A DNA stretch of 64,000 nucleotides from Caldisericia bacterium. GTDB taxonomy: Bacteria > Caldisericota > Caldisericia > B22-G15. The stretch spans positions 12,485 to 76,484 of the forward strand of contig JAOAHY010000004.1 in NCBI GenBank assembly GCA_026414995.1, written 5' to 3'. The position numbers and the translations under genes were made by a program. Below are positions 61,827-64,000 of the stretch, piece by piece. Position 1 is the first letter of the stretch, and the number at the start of each line of letters is the position of its first letter. The notes under the pieces are model-generated. The model saw only the letters and a program-made list of their open reading frames with translations, was not told the DNA's origin and searched no databases.

Positions 61827-63398
61827 TTATATGAATTTTATGCCTAATCTTACTAAATTATTATTTATAGTGTATTTATATACTATTTGTCCCTTTCTAT
61901 AAATATTTAATTCATGGATCGAAATATTAATATTATTATCAGTAAATGAATCTGGTTTAGTTAAAATTCCTAATCCACCATTACTATAATCTAATACCAT
62001 AATAGGTTTATTATCAATTTTTGTAATAAAATTTAAATAAATTCTTGGATATGCTCTTCTATCATTCTCGTAACTTTTAATGATATTTAAATTGTGAATT
62101 TCCTCAATAGCATACCTTTCTGTTTTAACCCATTTTTTTATATTAAAAATTAATTTAATTATTGCCAACAAAAAACTAGGTAACCAAATATATGTATAAA
62201 ATGCAAAAATTAAAATTAATATATATTTTTTAAGTAAATTAATTTTATAGAAACCGTTTATACCAGTTAAAAATATAGGTATAAATATAAATGAAAATAA
62301 AATTAAAACCAAAAATCCAACTATTGTATTAATACTGTAAAAATAATTTAAAATATAATTTTTTACATATATAACTTTAAAAAAACCAAAAATAGATAAA
62401 AAAATGCTTAAAAAGACAATAAAAATTGTAGATACAAATGTTAAATAAAATATTGAATCTAATTTTGTAAAAAATTTAGATTTTGAAAATATAATCTTTG
62501 GTATATATATCCAATTAGATAAATGACCTTGTAACCATCTGCTTCTTTGTCTTATTAAAGATAATAAATTTTCAACACCCTCCTGTTCAGTTATTATATC
62601 ATCTGCATAACCTAATTTCATACCATAAGAAATAAATTTTAAACCTAATTCTAAATCTTCAGTTAATGTATATCCCCAAGGTGAATCGCCTAATTTAAGA
62701 AGAGAAGATAATTTTGTAAATTGACCATTTCCTCCCATTCCAACACTTCCCAAAATAGATCTACCTTTCTGAATTATTTGGCTAAAACCTAAAAATTCTA
62801 TATCTTGCATTTTTGATAATAAATTATTATCCCTATTATAAATTCTAATCATAGTTTGAACAGCATCTATATCAAAATTTTTAAAATAATCACTTATTCT
62901 ATTAAAAATATTTTGATGTGGTATAGCATCTGCATCAAAAACTCCTATAATAATGTTATTATAATTATATTTCTCATAAAAATTCTCATCTAAATTTAAT
63001 GACTCTAAAAAATTGTGTCTTAATGAAAAAAGAATTTGACTTAATCCAAAATTTAAAACAGTTCCTTTGCCAGATTTGTCATTGAAACTAATTCTATCTA
63101 ATAAAACTAGTCTATTATCTTTGTTTAAATACGAAAAAACAATTTCTCTTGTTCTGTCAATTGATTTATCATTTAAAATAATAATTCTAAAGTTTTGATT
63201 TTCTAATTTTAAAAAATTCTCAATGGTTCTTTTAATAACTTTTTCTTCATTTTTTGCTGGAATTAAAATAAAATAAAAATAATCATCTTGACCACTATTT
63301 AAAGGTCTCTTATATTGAAAGGATATGAGATAAAGAAATAAATAATACAATCCTATAAAAACTAAAATCAATGTAAAAATTGTTGAATTTATAATCAT
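61827..63398 (-). CDS. Family-2 processive glycosyltransferase (D,D,D,QxxRW) with C-terminal PilZ c-di-GMP-binding domain (compact BcsA-like synthase)
   Basis: FDADA (DxD), QRSRW and flanking TM helices. C-terminal PilZ motifs RRAYPR (RxxxR) and DYSNGG (D/NxSxGG). 523 aa. Confidence 0.7.
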   Translation of the reverse strand: MIINSTIFTLILVFIGLYYLFLYLISFQYKRPLNSGQDDYFYFILIPAKNEEKVIKRTIENFLKLENQNFRIIILNDKSIDRTREIVFSYLNKDNRLVLLDRISFNDKSGKGTVLNFGLSQILFSLRHNFLESLNLDENFYEKYNYNNIIIGVFDADAIPHQNIFNRISDYFKNFDIDAVQTMIRIYNRDNNLLSKMQDIEFLGFSQIIQKGRSILGSVGMGGNGQFTKLSSLLKLGDSPWGYTLTEDLELGLKFISYGMKLGYADDIITEQEGVENLLSLIRQRSRWLQGHLSNWIYIPKIIFSKSKFFTKLDSIFYLTFVSTIFIVFLSIFLSIFGFFKVIYVKNYILNYFYSINTIVGFLVLILFSFIFIPIFLTGINGFYKINLLKKYILILIFAFYTYIWLPSFLLAIIKLIFNIKKWVKTERYAIEEIHNLNIIKSYENDRRAYPRIYLNFITKIDNKPIMVLDYSNGGLGILTKPDSFTDNNINISIHELNIYRKGQIVYKYTINNNLVRLGIKFI

Positions 63399-63476
63399 GT
63401 TAATATTATAAATTATTGATATAACAAATTCAATAAATGTTGAAAATTAATATTTTCTTTGTTAAACTTTTTTTAA

Positions 63477-64000
63477 ATGAAGAAATTTTTAGGATATAAT
63501 CTATATCCATTAACATTTGAAGAAACAAAAGAAAAAATAATTAGTTTCTTAAAAGAAGATAAAAAAAGGATAATTACACCAATTAATCCTGAAAAAATTG
63601 TTAGAAGTCTAAATGATAATAAATTGAAAGAAATATTAGAAAATTCAGATTTACTTTTACCTGATGGATATGGAATTGTTATAGCATCTAAAATTCTTGG
63701 AATTGGAATTAAGGAGAGAATTACAGGTATAGATATGTTTGAAGCGCTTATTGAATATGGAGATAAAGCAAATCTTTCAATATATTTTTTAGGCGCAAAG
63801 GATGAAAGTGTTAAAGGTGTTGTTGAAAGAGTAAAAAAAGAGTATAGAGGAGTTAAAATTGTAGGTTATCATAATGGTTTTTTTAATACTTCAGATGAAG
63901 TTATAAATGATATGAGAAATAAAAAAATAGATTTTTTATTTGTAGCAATGGGGAGTCCTAAACAAGAATATTTTATATATGATAATCTTAAATATATAGA
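63477..64000 (+). CDS. WecB/TagA/CpsF-family glycosyltransferase, 3'-partial (runs off the window)
   Basis: MKKFLGYNLYPLTFEE...ITPINPEKI...LLLPDGYGIV is typical of GT26 ManNAc/GlcNAc transferases. The frame is open to the window end. Confidence 0.65.
   Translation, partial: MKKFLGYNLYPLTFEETKEKIISFLKEDKKRIITPINPEKIVRSLNDNKLKEILENSDLLLPDGYGIVIASKILGIGIKERITGIDMFEALIEYGDKANLSIYFLGAKDESVKGVVERVKKEYRGVKIVGYHNGFFNTSDEVINDMRNKKIDFLFVAMGSPKQEYFIYDNLKYI

Noticed and set aside
1-64000. CRISPR arrays, IS elements, large direct or inverted repeats
   Set aside because: Visual scanning found no regularly spaced direct repeats and no transposase- or Cas-like ORFs. The only repetitive DNA is low-complexity GAA/AAA-rich coding sequence (for example 4380-4560 and the V-ATPase H/E subunits).

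Overview
Dense, very AT-rich (roughly 30% GC by eye; K/I/N/E-rich proteins) bacterial chromosome segment. Bacterial identity is supported by IF-2/NusA/YlxR, RuvABC, Obg, L21/L27, a type-A bacterial RNase P RNA and tRNA-Pro genes with C1:G72. Gene content points to an anaerobe: the distal half of an Rnf operon (rnfGEAB), a complete V/A-type ATPase operon whose c-subunit carries an apparent Na+-binding signature, a minimal SufCB system, radical SAM, rubrerythrin-like, nitroreductase and PdxST genes. Housekeeping blocks include tadA plus tRNA-Ser, pncA-pncB, rnpB, proA-proC, rsmG, two tRNA-Pro genes, tyrS-hisS-aspS, hflX, xerC/D, queH-ruvBAC-yebC-pdxTS, rsfS-nadD-obg-rpmA-rplU and nusA-ylxR-infB. 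I found no IS elements, prophage genes or CRISPR arrays. The less ordinary parts are: (i) an ~820-aa membrane-anchored protein directly coupled to the end of the rnf operon; (ii) a LigB/MEMO-like + AMMECR1 pair, with a separate small radical SAM activase 7 kb away; (iii) a tight four-gene cassette around an ArsA/Get3-family ATPase downstream of cstA, including a small ORF that carries an ArsA-like PPTG motif; (iv) a two-subunit molybdo-hydroxylase (no FAD subunit) next to an amidohydrolase; (v) MurF with a polytopic membrane N-terminus in a ddl-hydrolase-murF cluster; (vi) a DHH-DHHA1-CBS-CBS-CCA-adding-enzyme fusion protein; (vii) a compact GT2(QxxRW)-PilZ processive glycosyltransferase immediately upstream of nusA and divergent from a WecB/TagA-family glycosyltransferase. 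All calls are from reading the translations and sequence; no database searches were run.
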